Part shown: piece by piece, positions 36,057-49,855 of the stretch
How positions within the stretch are numbered: the first letter of the stretch is position 1
How the letters are laid out: each line of letters starts with the position of its first letter
Assembly: GCA_028534125.1 (NCBI GenBank)
Contig: CM052818.1
Span: forward strand, 27,282,001 to 27,346,000
DNA: 64,000 nt
Source of the DNA: Lama glama
Lineage: Eukaryota
Direction: 5' to 3'
Program-made: the position numbers and the translations under genes
Notes under the pieces: generated by a model
What the model was told of the DNA's origin: nothing
Databases searched by the model: none
What the model saw: the letters and a program-made list of their open reading frames with translations, nothing else

Positions 36057-37573
36057 GATAAAGGTTTTCTTCTATTCACCAGCTACTTCCCTTCTCTACC
36101 CAAAATGGACAGGCTAATGATTGCAAAAAATGAGTGCAAAAGGATTTGCCTTCCCTTCTTTACTTTTGGAAAAAAAGACCCTGTTTTTTAGACAAGTTCT
36201 TTTTTTTTTTTCAGTCTTATTTTCAATTTATGATTCAGGACTCATGAAGTTAAAGGGTTAGTATTTACTGGATGATACATTTATGCTTTTAATTCTTCTC
36301 ACCTTATCATGTACATATATATACTTAAATATGTCAAATCGACCACTGACTGTCTTTAATTCTTAGGGATATTCTCATCTTCATTTGCTTCAGCAAGGTA
36401 TCCTTCCTTGTAAAGCAGACTGTACACCATCATACGTATCATCATACACTCCTTTTTCTAGCATTGAAATGCTGCCTTTAGGGGATGGGAGGAGTATGTG
36501 TGCAAGGGAGGTGGGTGGGTGATTTCCACAAAATTGGTCATCTGGAAGCTATAAAGTTTTGGAGCGTGACAGCTGCACTCTGAGTGGAGTAATAGTGAGG
36601 GAATTGGTGATGTCAACAGTACCAGAATCCTCCAGCTTAAATTTTTATATGGTTTTTAAGGTCTTTAATAATTCTAACCCCACAGAGGTTAATGAAGCCA
36701 GTCAGGCAAACTCTGAAGTCTGAATTGATTAAAATTTAGGTAAAAGAAAAAGACTTCTTGATAGAGGACTCAGTCTACTTAACTGGATTTCTAAAGACCT
36801 GTGAGTTCCTTAATAGCTATTTTAAAAAATTCTAGAAGGCTCCATCTTCCACACATTACTTTGTGACCCAGTTTAGTTCATTTTACTATGCAAATATGCT
36901 TCTTAATGATGGATACTCTCTATTGGATCTGTCAGTAGAAATATTCAATCTCTTGCCTATACAAACAGACATGGACCAAGGATTAAAACTAACTTGCTTA
37001 GCTGTGCAAAGAATCTTCCCAGGATGAGGAAAATGGCCTGGAATAGGGGTTGGGCAGAAAGACTAGTCCAAGATATCTCAGGCTCCCTCCATTAAACAGG
37101 AAGAGAGGCAATGAATGTAGGTAACCAAGGACTCAAGGCAGCGAAAACCCCTTTGATGGTTCTAGGTTTTTCTTCCTGGCTGCCAGGACTCTGGCATATG
37201 GAGCACTGCAAGTTGAACATGCTATGCTTTGAGTCATGGGTCTTATGTCCAATTTTATTTCATTGTGTTGACCTTAGGATGATAACTGGGCTTGCAGTGA
37301 ACAGAATTAAAGTGTGTATATTCTTCGACTGTGAAGTACTCAGATAAGCCCATCTGCAGTGGTAAAATAAAGACCCACACTATTCTTATTATAAATTTGC
37401 AACATTTCTCCCAAATGATTAGTTTGGGCTGTATAATGAATTCATATGCGACTGGTAACAGCATGAAGCAGACATTATGCCCGAGGAAATAAAAAACAAA
37501 CAAGCATATACTGGTAGAAGCTTATCCAACACGAGACACTCACCAGGGACTCATTAGAATCTACAAGGTTTAC

Positions 37574-37771
37574 CTTCACACACGGGGCAACATTCCCCAG
37601 GCACTTTGACGGGGTTCATGCAGCTCTGCCCGCAGGCGGTCGCGACGCAGTGGGGCTCTCCGTTGATGCACTGGCAGAATGTGCAGTCGTCCTCCCGCCA
37701 CCGGTCTCCGTGGGCGCGGATCTGACCATTGGCATAGCAGCCAGCAGGGTTATTAAAAGGATACACGGGAT
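37574..37771 (-). CDS. CRIM1: CRIM1 coding exon (probably exon 7), 198 nt; vWFC domain 2
   Basis: (D)PVYPFNNPAGCYANGQIRAHGDRWREDDCTFCQCINGEPHCVATACGQSCMNPVKVPGECCPVCE. Acceptor atttag|, donor |gtaaac. Confidence 0.97.
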
Positions 37772-40165
37772 CTAAATTAAAACGTGAGTTCAGAGTAAGA
37801 CTGAGGGCATTCTACATCTTCTCTCTGTCTGCACCTAGAGACGTTCTTTCCCAGGTTCTCGTCATCAGCAGTTCTTTTCCAGCTGTGCTCAGCAGAAGCT
37901 CAGGGCTGCAGGAGATATCTCCAGGGGGACATGCAAAAGTAGCTGTCATCCTGAATTTATGTCCACCCATCCCGACACGGCAGACAGGGGAGGGGATCAG
38001 AGGCATAAAAACCAGTGTGCAGGTGTTACCATTTCACAAAGCTGCAGAACTTTGTGGATGGAGCTGTGGGTTGGTAATGAGAAAATGCAAGTCTTTTTTA
38101 GGCTCTGACAATGTCTTCTGAATTGTCAGTTTAAAGGTTTATCACACCTCAGTTTCACCCCCTGGAAAGTGGAAAGAATGATGCCCCCAGCTAACTCAGA
38201 GTGAGCCTGTTCCTTCTAGGACTAACTGGAGTCTCTCTCAGGGTGCCTGGAAGTCCATGTGGAGACAGGGAGGCCCCTACTGTGGCCTCATGCATGACAA
38301 GGCTGACACACCTGGTTTAAACCATACACAGCACAGCTTGTGCCCTGGAGGGAAATCAGTGAACTGATGCAATTTTTCTCCCCCGAGCTGAGTGGTCAAG
38401 CAGCAGCTGAGACTGGGGAATGGAGGTAGCCAAGGCTACTGTGGAAACAGTTTTCTGAGGTTATTGACAAGCACATAAATACGAAATCCTTAACCATCCT
38501 TCTGAATGAAAGCAACTAGATAAATCACTCAATGTTCTTTTTCATAAAATCTGGCCTCAAGAAGCAAGTGCTGCTGGGCTGGGAGCAAAGTCCAGGCAGT
38601 TTTGAGGTTGGTCCTCTCTATTCCAAAGAGGTAGTAGGCGTTACATGGGAGTGAGAAGGCCAAAACTGAAAACCATGCAGTCACAGCTTCAGAAAGGCAG
38701 TCTTCCAGAGATGGAAGCAGCCAAGAAACCTGAGTTAGATAAGACTTTATAAAATTTCTTTATAAACATTATTACACTGCATACTTCACTTCTACTTTAA
38801 GCCTGGATCTGAATTCCAGGAAGTGAGACACAACCAGATCGGTGCCCAGACAACTCATTATGATTATTACAGAGGTTCGTATCTGTTTTCACACCACCAA
38901 CTGCTACATAGTTTCAGAGCCTATAAACACCGGGGGTAACTAGGGAACAGAGCAATCGGGAAGGTTAAAAGTTTGATGTGATTTTTTAAAATCCCCCATG
39001 ACCTCTCCTACATTAGTAAAAATAATTTCTAACAGGGGAAAGGGCTTCCCTCCATGAACTACTGTTCAATGTTAGGAATGTAGTTTGTATACGTTAAATA
39101 ATTTCAGACCTTCAGTATTATATGGTGAGTAGAGCTCAAATATTGAAAAGAAATGGATTTTAGAAAACAGAAAAAGATATGAAGCCCGGCCAGAAATCCT
39201 GTCCTCCATTTTCATGTGCGGAGGTAAGGACGGGGGAAGGTCAGACGTGAGATGGACACGCCTGACTCCAGGCTGAGGTCTGTGGCCCAGGCAGGACAAC
39301 ACTGCTCACGCGACCTTCCTTCCTGGGGAACAGGGTCGTGCACTCAGCCCAGAGACACAGTCAGGCGTGGTGGTACTGTTTCTGGCTTTACCAGAGACTC
39401 AAGACAAGTGACTACTTTTCTGATACCCTAATCCTTAAAACATGCGGGTTGTGGAATATGATATTCAGAGCTGTCCTTCTGAAATGTTTATTATTTCTGA
39501 ACATCAGAGACGGAAGGGTCGAGCTTGCTGGAAGAACATGGACCTATTATTTCTTGGGGAACATAGAGAAAGCAAGCCCTGGAGAGCCTTCTGCCCAGGG
39601 CCACTCCTGACACTTGTCTGGGCCTTGAACTGGTGTCACCATCACGCCACCCTTTGACCCCACTCTGACTGCCACACATTTTCAAAGGATTGGGGGAGGG
39701 GGATCCTGCTCTCACTTGGATGGGCCTGGGTACCAGAAAGGAGGCAGGGTCAGTTCCTGTCTGAGTGGACTGGTTGAGATCATCAAGTGACTAGGGCTGT
39801 CCTGTCTTAGGTGAGCGATCTGGGTGGAATTCTAATGTGAGGATTAAATAAAAGTCCCCAGGACTCACCAAGGAGCTGCAAGGACTGCAGAGGAGGAGCA
39901 GAAAGCCCCTTCAGCAAATCTCATGCTGACCCGAGGAAACGGGATCCTTGTCTACACCCAGGGCAAAACTTCCCTCGGGGAAGAATCTTCACACAGTCTA
40001 TCTGGCGTTATCAAAGTCCTCCAAGGAAGACCACAATGTCAAAAAAAAAAAAGGGAGTCTCTTCCATCGTCCTCTATCTCGGATGAGAGTGAATCAGCTC
40101 AGCTTTGGTATTAGAGCTCTGAACAGGTCTATCCTCCTGAATCTTTAATCAGCACCTCTCCTCAC

Positions 40166-40348
40166 CTTCACACACGGGGCAGCACTCCCCCTCGGGCACG
40201 TAGTATCTCTCGCAGTTCAGCTCGCCGCACTGGGCAGTGAAGCAGATGGACACACCCCCTTGGCATCGACAGAACCGACAGTTGTCCATTCGAAACATAT
40301 CTCCATCACTGTATTCCACGTTGTTGAAGACACAGGCTGGCTTTGTTT
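40166..40348 (-). CDS. CRIM1: CRIM1 coding exon (probably exon 6), 183 nt; vWFC/CR domain 1
   Basis: (E)TKPACVFNNVEYSDGDMFRMDNCRFCRCQGGVSICFTAQCGELNCERYYVPEGECCPVCE has the CxxCxC...CCxxC vWFC pattern. Acceptor ctttag|, donor |gtgagg; in frame with both neighbours. Confidence 0.97.
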
Positions 40349-40530
40349 CTAAAGGAGTTAAAAACAAACAAGGCATATTCAAGGTCATTTTTGAGTGGTG
40401 CCTTTTTATGTTTTTCAAATAGCCTCTAGAAAATTCTGAAAGTAGAGGGTTAAACCTTGATGGAAATTTACTAAACTCAATATAATTTCTTTTTTTTTTT
40501 TTTTACTTACAACAAGCAATAAAGCAATGC

Positions 40531-40556
40531 AAAGTAAAGTAAAGTAAAGTAAGTAA
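40531..40556. repeat. (AAAGT)4-5 short tandem repeat
   Basis: aaagtaaagtaaagtaaagtaagta. Confidence 0.8.
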
Positions 40557-41229
40557 ACAAAGCAATCACTACCCTCATCACACCAAGGAACTGAAACTCC
40601 CCTGAGTAAAATCTATACTGGCTTCTCCTTAACCCGAATAAAAGTAACCATCTGACAGGGCGAAACTCACATTTCTGATATGTGCTTTAAAGGGATTTTT
40701 GTTCTGTTATTAAATCATTCTCTACCTCAAGTAAATGACCCTGCCTCCACATTAGGTTTTGTTCTGCCTCAAAAAAAATTTATTTAAGCCTTTTGGGAGA
40801 TTATGTTCTTCTGTTCTCCCAGTGTTTTCTCCTAAGTCCTTTTTTCTCTCTATCTGGTTTAATAATCTATAATTATACTAGTGCTTGGGTTAAAAAAAAA
40901 AACTGCTTTCTGCATGTATTACCTCACTTAATCCCAGTAACAAGTCTGATGTGGATATACTTATCCTGAGTGGAGAAGTGAGGAAATCCTAGGTAATTTG
41001 CTCATAGTCGCACATTTAGCAAATGATAGAAGCAAAAATAGTAGCTCTTCGACTAAAACCTTTAGTGTCCTCTTTCATTGTGTTTCAAGGCTATGTTTTG
41101 CTGAGGACTCAAACTCTGCATTTAGAGCTTTCATAATGACACCAATGATTACAATTTTTTTCTCTGCCCTAAAACACTCTCCTCTAGATCCATTCCCTTA
41201 AGTCTAATGTTGGTTGACTTAAAAGAACT

Positions 41230-43690
41230 CCCACCAGACAAAGACATCACAAGAAGAAAACTATATATCAGTATCTCTTACAAATATAGATATAAAAATC
41301 CTCAAAAAATATGAGCAGACTGAATTCAGCAATGTATAAAAAAGATTATATACTAAGTGGGACTTATTCTAAGAATGCAAGGTTGGTTTAACACCTCAAA
41401 ATCAATTAATGTAATACGGCATGTCTATAGAACAAAGGACTAAACCACAGGATCATCTCAATAGACATGGAAAAAAAAAATCTGACAGACTCCAACAGCC
41501 TTTCATGACAGAAGCATTTAATAACCTAGGAGTAGAAGTTGTTAAATAGCCACTTGATAAACAGCATCTAGGAAAAACCCACAGCTAACATCATACTTAA
41601 CAGTGAAAGGCTGAATGTTTTTCCCTTTAGATTAGTAACAAAACAATGATGTCCACTCTCACCACTTCGATTCAACTTTGCACTAGATGTTCTAGCCAGG
41701 GCAATTAGGCAAGAAAAAGACATTAAAAAAGCTCCTAGATCAGAAAGTAGTAAAACTCTCTCTAGCTACAGACACCATGATCTTGAACATTAAAAGATTC
41801 TAAAGAATCTACTAAAAAAAAACCCTATCAGAACAAAAAGTTCAGCAAGATTTCACGGTACAACTGCAATTCAAATAAACTGTGTGTCTATATACACTAG
41901 CACTGAAGAATCTGAAAATGAAGTTAAGAAAAAATTCCGTTCACAGTAGCACCAAAAAAAAATTTAGTAGTTAATAAATGAAGCACAAAACGTTTACTTT
42001 GAAAACTACAAAACACTGTTCAAAGAAAGTAAAGAAGGTCTAAATAAATGGAAATATATTCCATGTTCATGGATTGAAAGATAATTTTGTTAAGATGAAA
42101 CTATCCCCCAAATTGATCTACATATTCATTGCAATCCTTATCAAAATCCTAGTTGGTTCTTTTGTAAAAAACTGACAATCAGTCCTAAAAATAGCAAGGA
42201 AAAACAAGGGACCCAGAATTGCCAAAACAATTTTTCAATGAAGAACAACGCTAGAGGTCTCACACTTTCTGATTTAAAGACATCCTACAATGCTACAGTC
42301 ATCAAGACAGTGGAGTACTGGCATCAGGATAAATGTATAGTTCAGTGGAATTGAGTGAGAGTTCAGAAATAAACTCTCACACTTACTAATTTTTAACAAG
42401 GGTACCAGGACAATTCATTGAGGGACAGAATAGTCTTTTCAGCAAACAGTGCTGGGCAACTGGATACCCACATGCAAAAGGAGGAGAACGCATCACTATC
42501 ATAGCATATATTAAAAAAAAAAACTCAGAATGAATACAGAGCTATGATCTAAATGTAACTGCTACAACTCCAGAGCTCTTAGAAGACGACAGGAGTAAAT
42601 CTTTGAGACTCTGCAATTAGACAGTACTTTCTTAAGATATACCAAAAAGCACAAACAAAAAAAGAAAACAGTTAAACTGGACTTCATCTACTTTTGTGCC
42701 TCAAAGAATACCATCAAGAAACGAAAAGATAACCTGCAGAGAAAAAAAAATTGTGAATTATATATCTGATGAAGGACTTATGTCAAGAATATATAAAGAA
42801 CAATGATAAATAAAACCAATTGAAAAATAAGCAAATATCTGAACAGAAATTTCCCCCAAATAAGATATAGAAATGACCAATAAGCATATGAAAAGATGCT
42901 CAACATCACTGCTTATTAAGAGAATATAAATCAAAGTTAACAATGAGATAACATTTCATACACTTGGATGGCTACAGTGACAAAGATGTAGCTAATAACA
43001 AGTGGTGATGAGGATGTGGAGAAATTGGAACTCTCCAACATTTCTGGTGAAAATGTAAAAGTGCATGCAGCTCCTTGGCAAAACAGTTTGGCAGTTCTTC
43101 AAAATATTAAACACAGAGTTACCAGAGGATCCAGCAGCAATTCCACTCTTAGGTATATACCCAAGAGAAATGAAAACATATGCCTACATAAAAACTTACA
43201 CACAAATGTTTACAGCAGCATTATTCACAATAGTCAAAAAATGGAAACAACCTAAACATCTATCAACTGATGTGTGAATCAACAAAACGTGGCAGAACCA
43301 TGCAATGAAATATTCCTTGGCCATAAAAAAGAATGAAGTTCTGATATATGCTACAACATGAGCGAACCTTGAAAACATTATGCTAAGTGGAAGAAGCTAG
43401 TCAAAAAATGCCACATATTGTATTTATATGATTTTATTTATAGGATATGCCCATAACAGGCACATCTATAGAGAAAGAAAGTAGTTAGTGGTTGCCTAGT
43501 GCTGGGGTGTTTGGGGGGAAATGAGATGTGACTATTAATGAGTTTGGGAATTGGGGGGAGACTGATGAAAGTGTTCTAAAACTGATTGTGATGATGGTCA
43601 CACAACGCTGTGAATATATTAAAAACCACTGAACTGTGCAACTTCACTTGGTGAACTGCATGGTATGTGTCTCCACAAACCTGGTAAAAT
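41230..43690 (+). mobile_element. old 5'-truncated LINE-1 (L1M-type) ORF2 3' half and 3'UTR, about 2.45 kb
   Basis: L1 RT-region DNA (caaggttggtttaac, atcatctcaatagac, aaaacccacagctaacatcatacttaa, ccatgttcatggattg) and peptide [34 protein letters not shown]...MFTAALFTIVKKWKQPK. L1MB/MC-like 3'UTR (gttctaaaactgattgtgatgatggtcacacaac). Heavily decayed. Confidence 0.93.
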
Positions 43691-46600
43691 AAGAGCCCTC
43701 CCCAGCTAAACAAGTTCTCCTGAGCTAATGCACCCTGTATAACAAGGTGCAAAAAACTGGATTATGATACACATAACTCTCATAGGCTCCTCTGTCCCAA
43801 CATTGTTTCTCAGTATGTCCACTTTGCATGTTCGAAACACTTCAGACTTTCACAGCATTTTAATTTGAGTATATTTACATTTGTTTTGTACTTAAGGACG
43901 ATGACTTTCTCATTTGATTTTGTAACAGTCCTATCAAGAAGACAGAACAAGTATTACCATCCACTTCTCCAACAAGGAAAATGAACCTTAAAGAAACTAG
44001 GTACCTTGCCTAAAGTCACAGAACCAGGGTGAGATGAGCTGCGTGTCTCTGTTTACACAGGCAGTAAATGTGCATGTTTGAACTTCTTTCCTAGTGTTGG
44101 TTGGATACACTGTTTCTTTTTTTCAGAAAACTCAGGTTTAAAAGTCACCTTATTACAGCTCACAAGTCTTCTACTTTTAGCTAACATGTTCAACTGAATT
44201 GGGATTGGAAGGAACTGGACGGTGGGACCGCAAGTTCCAAAGTGTAGAAAAGGGTGTGCTTTTCAGCAATCAAAACTGCACGCTGTAGAAGGAGGCAAAA
44301 TACCACACTCTGACCAAATGCTGAGCTTCCAAACTGAAGAAAAAATTGTCTTAGAAACCAATCAAAATTACTTATTTGCTTTAATCAACCACAGCTACCA
44401 TCTGGGAGGAGCCACAAATCTTGGTGCAAAATGTGAAGTGTGGAGGGAAGACTGTGATTAGGAGCAAGGCAGCTTGGGATGAGCCTGCCTGTGGGCGGGA
44501 GGGCTGGGGCCGTGGCTAATGGACAGACAGCAAGGGAGTCGTGCAGAGAGAGATGGACAGCCCCAGAAAACACAACTTTGAAAACACAATCAATCCTTTA
44601 GGATGAAAAAAAAAAAAAAGAATCACACGACATGACGAAATCCTTGTTTGATGCTGAGACAAGTTTATAGAACCTCTTAAGAAAAAAGTGCATGGTAAAA
44701 AAAAGCTGGCAGTGGTCTCTGATGAATAGCGACCAATTACTTCTTCACCTGAGAGGGATAAATGTGAATCTCAGAACTGTGTGGAGATTACCACTCCCTC
44801 CATTAGGGGACATTTTCAGTGGATAGGGAAAAGGAAAATATTATGAATAAAATACTTTACTAGATAATTTACACTTTTCAATGCATAAGAGTGCACATGC
44901 ATTGAGATGCATAAAAGTGACTTTAAGGATTTTTGTATTTTTTCTGTGTTTGCCCAATTAAATTTTATGTTTCTAAGTTCTGGAATCTTCTCTTTCCTCT
45001 TTAATAGATTCCAGAACTCCTGAGAAGGAGCCTTATAGTATAGACTGTTAATAACCTCTACTGCCTGCCAAATTACACTGATTAGCAGATGGTGATTATA
45101 TAATTTGAGTAAAGGAAAAGACTAAAACGTAGAATTTCACGTCAAATGTGAAAATGGAGGAAAAAATCCAAGTAGATACACTTCTGCTGCCTTTTCTCTT
45201 TAATCCCTCAGTAGGAAATGGCTCATATCTTGCCTCCGGTCTTCTCACTGGGAGTGAGCTGTATAGGGCAAACTTAGTAAGTCAAAAGAGAGACAACTGT
45301 ATGACGGTTGAGAAATAGCTCAAAGTTTCTCCATTAATCAACAGCGAACTGAGTAACTGCAGAGGCAGGGTGCATGAGCTGGCAGATACCTGAAGGGGGA
45401 AAATCCCTTTTCCGTGGGGCGGGGGAAGCGGGGCGCGTGTGCTGGAGCACACCAAGCAGAGGCTGTTTCAGGATAAGGGAAGCAGAACAACACTTAGAAA
45501 ACACGACTGCAAAAGGCTGTTATCACTCCTGAGCAAAATTAGCTTGAAAAGGCCCCAGGAACATGACAGGCGCTCAATAAATGCATAATGGGTGGAGTAT
45601 TTCTTTCAAAGTGCCATATTCTCTCCATTACTGTAGAAGGAGATGCTGTATCTCTAGAAAGATCACTGAGGATCACTACTATACAGACAACGGGCTCTCA
45701 ACAGATGCTTCTGTACTAATTTTCTTACTAACAAACCGCAGGTCTGAGTTTTCTAGGCCAAAATTTTACATGACGAGCAGGCTGACTTTCGGCATGGCTG
45801 CCCTGTGGCTGATCGATCTTATTACGTGTTCGTGTCTGATGCTGGAAGAGTTGGTTAGTGGCTGTGACACTCAAACCAAGATGTCTTATTTTGGATTTCT
45901 GTGCATGTACAATGGACAGCTAATCATGTCTAAGCAGCCAAATGATTGCTTCTGTGTTTTCTGCATGGATGACTGGGCATTTTCAAACCCAGTGCCTCTA
46001 GGAATGACAGAGCTGGGCCGGCGTCAGGCAACACGGGGTGTTGTGACAGAACGGAGAACACGTGTCCACCTGAAAGCAGAGGCCATGGCTCAGCTCCAGC
46101 TGACTGGTGCTAAGACTTCTGTTCATGGGCCGGAGCAGACACGGAACTGTTTCTTGAAGCAGATCTGGGGCTGTCCCACCACTGCTATGGAGCTCACACT
46201 TCTAGGTGATGAGCTGGATGACTTCTAAGTGGACAAAAACAGAGCTCAATCCTACCACCTGCTTTTGGTTTCTAAACGACAGGGTTCTCACTCAACCAGC
46301 ACTTCACACATCGTCCTTCTGGGCCCTCGTCAGAGAATACAGCTACAAACCATCACAATCTGATCTGCAGCTCTCCCATCCCCACCAAAACAAAGCCCAA
46401 CCCAACAGAAAAGAGAAGCGACATTTATGGAGAATGTTCTTTCCACCTATTCCTCTAGGCTAATGTTTTCAAGACTTAGGAGTTCTTGAATTCTCTGTGA
46501 GTACTTTTCAATCTTGTATTTTCACCATAACTTGTATCTTAAAAAATGTGAAGCCTACAGAGCATCATTTGGACGGCAGCTTAGGACCGAGTGTGGGCGT

Positions 46601-47238
46601 GCAATCTGCGTTGCTGCACGAGGGGTCCGTCAGCACTCAGCCCACTGGCTCCTGAACTGGGGTTCCTGCATCTACCCCAGCATGTTCCTACGTGCTGGAG
46701 GGGGCGGTTCTCAACATCCAGAAACGACTCTCCAGGCGCCTAGGTTCCAGCTGTGTCCAACTCACCGCTGAGAACTGCTCTCTCTGAGGTGCATTTTAAT
46801 AGTTTGCTTTTGCTCTTTGTTGAGAAGAGCAGCCAGAGGAAACCTGTTTCTGCATGGGAGGGATGAAAGCAACTGAGGACAAGGTCGACTGTGTCATCCA
46901 ATGCTCTTTTCAAGTTTCCGTGTGAGGAGAGTGCTGCCCTGCCCGGCAGGCTTCTGGTCTCTAAAAGTAAGAACTGTGGGTCTGATTCTATCTCCCCGTT
47001 TCACTTTGATGGCCAGGACACTGGGGCCCTAACTTGACATTTAACTCCAGCAATTACACAGACAGACGCTTCAGCCTGCATAGCTGCGGGCACTTTCTTT
47101 TTGCTTTTCATCTTCAACTTTTACATATAAGTTTATGATCCTGATTCTTTTTTCTCATTAGTATTTTACCCCTGTGTTATTGTGTCTGGTCTCAGTGTAA
47201 AGTTGCCTCAAAGTCTCTGTGGATAAGCAAGGTTTTAA

Positions 47239-47345
47239 ATACATACATACACACACACACACACACATATATTCACACACACATACACACATATATATAT
47301 ACACACACAATACATTGTATTATATAATGTATATTATATATAGAG
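47239..47345. repeat. compound (CATA)/(CA)/(TA) low-complexity microsatellite
   Basis: Alternating purine-pyrimidine tract read directly from the sequence. Confidence 0.85.
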
Positions 47346-48669
47346 ATCTGTATGTGTAACAGACCTCCACTTTTTCGAGCAATGATAATGAAACTCTGAC
47401 ATGTAATATCCTCTAATGGTGACCTTATGACAACAGTAAGATCTTCCCAGGGCACTGAGTGCCAAATAAGTAAACAAACACACACTCATATATGGATATG
47501 TATGTAAGTGTGTGGAGGGGAGGTGCGTGTGTATGCATTTGCCAAAAGAGGCAAAATACAGACTTTGAGACAGAACAGCCATAAACATAATTCTGTGGGA
47601 TTATGAATCTTCATAGTATTACAGTTTTCTAGTCTCATCTACAACTGAATGACATTCTAGAGACACCAGAGCAGGACAAGAAATAAAGCAAAGATCACTC
47701 AAAAAATTTACAGTAGCCAGAAAGAGGCAAACACCAGAAATCCTGTGAGTACTTTGTCGTCTCCACGCTTTTCTCACAGCAGATGGCAAGTCTTGTTCCC
47801 CAAGTTGGGGCTCTGTAAAAAGTGAGGCTCTAAGCAGAGACAGGCCCTGGAGCCTCCCCCAAGGCCACCAAGGTGGGGGCAGTTATCAGCTGCCCAAACC
47901 GCATCCCACGGGGGCAAGATGTCAAGGTAATTAATGTCCTGATGAGAAAGGCATGACACGTGGGTCTCTATAACCAAGGAGCAAGGAAGGAAGAAAGGCA
48001 GACTCCTCTTCCTCACCCAGAGGATACAATGGTGAACTGCATTAGCAGAGGTGGTATTTCCAGGGGACAGGAAAGTGTGGGGCGGGAAGAGATGGAGCAC
48101 TCCCACAAAGCAGCCCTTCCCCAGGCAGGTAACTGACAGCTACTCTAAAGGGAACTAAGATGATCAGAATCAGACCACTCACTGGCCCACCCACCCACCA
48201 GAACCTGAGAGTCCTCTGGGAGGCAGATAAGGTGCTAACATAACAAGGTTAGATTCCCTGTTCTCTCATCGGTCAGAGTCTAGTGTGAGACAGAGACATG
48301 CAGAGTGCAGAGTCCTGGACGGAAGTACGTCTGAGATGCTGGGAGCCCAGGACTAGGAGCAACTACTTCTGTCTCCAGTGGTATGAGTTAAATATTCACA
48401 GAATATCACCTACAATCCATTAAACTGCAGCAAGACCAGAGGAACAAGATCCATGTGGCCCTTAGCTGGTGGTTAAAATGGGTGGGGAGCAGCACTGAGA
48501 AGAGATTTTTGCACCTGGAACCTTTCCCACACCTTTCCCTGCGTGCTTGTAGGTATAAAGGGCTGTGAGTCAGAAAGCTCCCCTCCCCTTCTCTATCCCC
48601 CCGCAGCGTCCAGAACAGAGTCTCTGGATGTGAACAGCAGGTGGGCACACGACACAATAAAGACTATTT

Positions 48670-48865
48670 GCTCTTGAGGCACAATTTCAAGTGCCTCACA
48701 TATAAAACCTCATTTAATTTACTGTTATTCACTCCATTTGACAGATGTGGCCCCCGGGCCCAGGGAGACCAAGGGATCCCAAAGTCACACAGCTAGGAAG
48801 TGAGGAACTAATTCTCAAACGGCAGTAGTCAATCGTTCCGGCCTAGGTTCTCTCTTAACCACAGA
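48670..48865 (-). mobile_element. MIR SINE
   Basis: 'aagtgcctcacatataaaacctcatttaattt...tccatttgacagatgtgg...cccaaagtcacacagctaggaagtg...ctcttaaccac'. Confidence 0.75.
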
Positions 48866-49855
48866 GCCACAGTGAAGTGGTTCTTCAAAGCAAAACAAAA
48901 CAAAACATGCAGCCACTGGACTAGGAACTACAGGACTCAGTGAAACAGGGCTTGACTTCAATATAACCTGCTCTTGCGGGGGAGGGGAGGGCAGAAAACC
49001 TTCTGAACTCCAATTTCTTACAGGCTGTAGTTAACACGGACGTTTCTGTATGTGTCATTTTATTGTATTTACCCAAATCCATATTCATTTTCCTTGTGTG
49101 TCTAGGTGTGGACTAAACGATGCTCTCTAAAATGACCGACATCTCGCTTGCATTTATTCTTTGTTTTTCTTCTGAAAATTCTAGAGGAGGGTTTTTGAGT
49201 CTATGTTTTAGGTTTTCCTCCCTTCTAGCATCTGAATTCAATAAACGCCATGTCACCACACACCAAACCCTCTCCTGAGAGGTAAATGGGGGAGTGGTAG
49301 AGTCTATCTGAAGGAATTTTACGACTGAAGAATCATTTTCCTGGTCCACAAGGTTCCAGCTCCAACCAGGCCACTACTACTGACCAAGCACCGGCCAGAG
49401 ATGGTCTCCTTAAGCAGGAAAATGCTCAACTAGAGGAACAGCGTTTTTTCTATTTCAAATTGTGGTCACTCCAACGTGGCATTAGTTACACAGACGACCT
49501 TTGACAGCAATGGGACGAGGGCTTGAGTGACAGGAGGAATGCGACCACATTTTGCATGATCCTTTCCGTGCAATCCTAAAATTTCTAAACTACTGAAACG
49601 CAGCATAATGTGACGGCTGCACGCCATCTGTGACTCCAGTTCCAAATGCTCTTTCTAATGGAGGGAATGTTAACTCCCTTCCTCACTTTTTCCACTGCAT
49701 GGTGGGATCTTCAGCAAATATTCTTTCTGAGTTTCATCAAGTCCCTGAGTATGTTCTCTGCCTCTTAAAAGGCAAGAGCAGCTAGATTGAACCCTCCCCT
49801 CCTCCTCCTTCTGCACAAATGTACACTCTCTGAGAACAAGAGAAACCCCACGTAC

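Noticed and set aside
42758..43378. Short ORFs on both strands
   Set aside because: They are sense and antisense translations of a decayed L1.
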